Shown: positions 62,224 through 64,000 of the stretch, piece by piece
Position numbering within the stretch: position 1 is the first letter of the stretch
Layout: each line of letters opens with the position of its first letter
Source of the DNA: an uncultured Nitrospiraceae bacterium
GTDB lineage: Bacteria > Nitrospirota > Thermodesulfovibrionia > Thermodesulfovibrionales > Dissulfurispiraceae
Reading direction: 5' to 3'
Assembly (NCBI GenBank): GCA_963705105.1
Contig: CAVPIW010000006.1
Location: forward strand, 960,001-1,024,000
Length of the DNA: 64,000 nucleotides
Made by a program: the position numbers and the translations under genes
Notes under the pieces: model-generated
Told to the model about the DNA's origin: nothing
The model's database searches: none
Seen by the model: the letters and a program-made list of their open reading frames with translations, nothing else

Positions 62224-63243
62224 GTGCCTTCTCTTTTCAGGGTTTCCGCGCACACGTTGAATAACGGGAGGACGGAGACGAAAACAATAGAGCTCCTCCT
62301 GGACGAGCAGAAGGAGTACCCCTTCATCCACGGCGGCCTCGACAAGACCATGAAGGTCGTCGAAGAGACCCTCAAGGTGGCCATCAGCATTCGCGGCAAC
62401 AAGCTCCTCATCCAGGGCGAAGACGGGCATGTCGCGAAGGCCGAAAAGCTGATCCAGGAGATCAGGTCCGTCAACCGTGACGGCTATGCGCTCAAGCCCG
62501 AGGATATCAGCTACGCGCTCCGGTCCCTCTCGGAAGGGGGGGAGCTTTCGATCCAGGAGCTCTTTTCACGTAACATCCCCGTGTCGTCGAAACGGCGGTT
62601 CATCATCCCCAAGACGGACAACCAGCGCCTGTACATCGAGGCGATCCAGCGCTACGACATCGTCTTCGGCATCGGGCCGGCCGGGACGGGAAAGACCTAC
62701 CTCGCCATGGCCATGGCGATCAACGCATTCCTGTCCAAGCACGTTTCACGCATCGTCCTCGTCCGCCCCGCCGTTGAGGCGGGCGAAAAGCTCGGTTTTC
62801 TGCCGGGCGACATCGCCGAGAAGGTCAGCCCCTATCTCCGGCCCCTGTATGATGCGCTGTTCGATATGATGGAGATCGACAAAGCCTCCAAGCTCATCGA
62901 GAGGGGGATCATCGAGATCGCGCCGCTCGCTTTCATGAGGGGCAGGACGCTGAACGACTCCTTCATCATCCTCGACGAGGCGCAGAACACGACGACGGAG
63001 CAGATGAAGATGTACCTGACGAGACTCGGCTTCGGCTCGAAAACGGTGATAACCGGCGACATCACGCAGATCGACCTGCCCCAGGGGAGGGTCTCGGGGC
63101 TTGTCGAGGCGATCCGCATCCTGAAAGACATCGGGGACATCAACATCACCTTCTTTACGCAACGGGACGTCGTGCGGCACAGACTCGTCCAGGAGATCGT
63201 CAAGGCCTATGAACATCATGAAAAACGGGATGCCGAAGAGTAG
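62224..63243 (+). CDS. phoH: PhoH-family ATPase (true start probably near 62278)
   Basis: GPAGTGKT, RPAVEAGE, MRGRT and DEAQN. Confidence 0.93.
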   Translation: MPSLFRVSAHTLNNGRTETKTIELLLDEQKEYPFIHGGLDKTMKVVEETLKVAISIRGNKLLIQGEDGHVAKAEKLIQEIRSVNRDGYALKPEDISYALRSLSEGGELSIQELFSRNIPVSSKRRFIIPKTDNQRLYIEAIQRYDIVFGIGPAGTGKTYLAMAMAINAFLSKHVSRIVLVRPAVEAGEKLGFLPGDIAEKVSPYLRPLYDALFDMMEIDKASKLIERGIIEIAPLAFMRGRTLNDSFIILDEAQNTTTEQMKMYLTRLGFGSKTVITGDITQIDLPQGRVSGLVEAIRILKDIGDINITFFTQRDVVRHRLVQEIVKAYEHHEKRDAEE

Positions 63244-64000
63244 CGCCCCGCCGCCGAAGAAGCGCAGGAACGTCGCGGAGATACTGAGACAGTTCCGCGA
63301 GAAATACCGCGACGATATGTCTCAGGTCGCGGCTCTCCTCGGACTGAGCTTCCTCTCCGCGCTCATCATCCAGGAAACGGTCGACATCGCCAGATTCCTC
63401 GGGACCTTCATGCTCACGAGCCTGGTCCTCCTCATTTTCTACAAGGACATCAAGCGCTACAAACCTTTATACCTGAAGAACTACAAGATGCTCGTCCTGC
63501 TCTGCCTGCTCATCACGGGTACCCTGCTGGCCAGCCGCGTTTTCGCCTTTCTCCACTCGGGGATGGAACGGGGCCTCGATCTTCCCGCGGGAGGAGCCTT
63601 CATCTACGGCTTGCCCGTGCCCATCGGCTCGATGCTCGTCACACTCGTCTTCGATTTTCACACGGCCATCATCTTCTCCTTCGTGATCAGCCTGCTGGCA
63701 GGCATATGGCAGAACAACCCCCTCTTTGCCGTGTACGCTTTCATCGGCAGCCTGACAGCGGCCTTCTGCGTCATCCGCTGCAAGAAAAGGTCCGCCCTCA
63801 TCAAGGCCGGACTCGCCGTGACGGCAATAAACCTGCTCACGTCGGCGATCATCCTTGTCTACAACAGCACGATCCTGACGCCCGTCGCCATATCGACCTT
63901 CTTCTTCGCCGCCATCTCGGGCATCATGGTGGCAGGCGTGGTGTCGCTCATTCTTCCCGTCATCGAGTATCTCTTCGGCGTGACGACGGACATCAGCCTC
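63218..64000 (+). CDS. 7TM-HD family phosphohydrolase (PgpH-like), partial
   Basis: Open frame with multiple TM helices running off the window; typical position after phoH; the HD domain itself is not visible. Confidence 0.65.
   Translation, partial: MKNGMPKSSAPPPKKRRNVAEILRQFREKYRDDMSQVAALLGLSFLSALIIQETVDIARFLGTFMLTSLVLLIFYKDIKRYKPLYLKNYKMLVLLCLLITGTLLASRVFAFLHSGMERGLDLPAGGAFIYGLPVPIGSMLVTLVFDFHTAIIFSFVISLLAGIWQNNPLFAVYAFIGSLTAAFCVIRCKKRSALIKAGLAVTAINLLTSAIILVYNSTILTPVAISTFFFAAISGIMVAGVVSLILPVIEYLFGVTTDISL

Overview
Bacterial chromosomal window with a GC-rich core. Gene content and order suggest an anaerobic Nitrospirota or Desulfobacterota-like organism (inference only). Core blocks are gcvH-lpdA-eno-ftsB-GH57, a CBS/DASS transporter pair, ppsR-ALS, a periplasmic Mo-hydroxylase operon, V4R-diguanylate cyclase, tsaE-nadK-udg and gmhA-ruvCAB-queH-spoIID-queA-phoH-HD. 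Accessory blocks are: (i) a lower-GC patchwork at about 0.9-7.6 kb with a RAYT/Y1-transposase remnant, a signal-peptide-bearing TldD/TldE-like pair and an orphan Rhs C-terminal toxin with a HEAT-repeat immunity candidate; (ii) hicBA and a large M4 protease with thrombospondin type-3 repeats; (iii) a 39-53 kb signalling cluster, kaiC-kaiB-kaiB, a 1715-aa multi-PAS/GAF kinase and a REC-PAS sigma54 activator, followed by a sigma54 promoter driving a small unknown gene and accompanied by a single-domain paralog of the activator REC domain. The main non-coding signal is a set of at least four families of long-hairpin miniature transposable elements with readable target-site duplications. One 212-bp family has inserted inside other elements in 4 of its 5 full copies, and filled and empty sites are both visible in the window. 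No rRNA, tRNA or CRISPR array was recognised.
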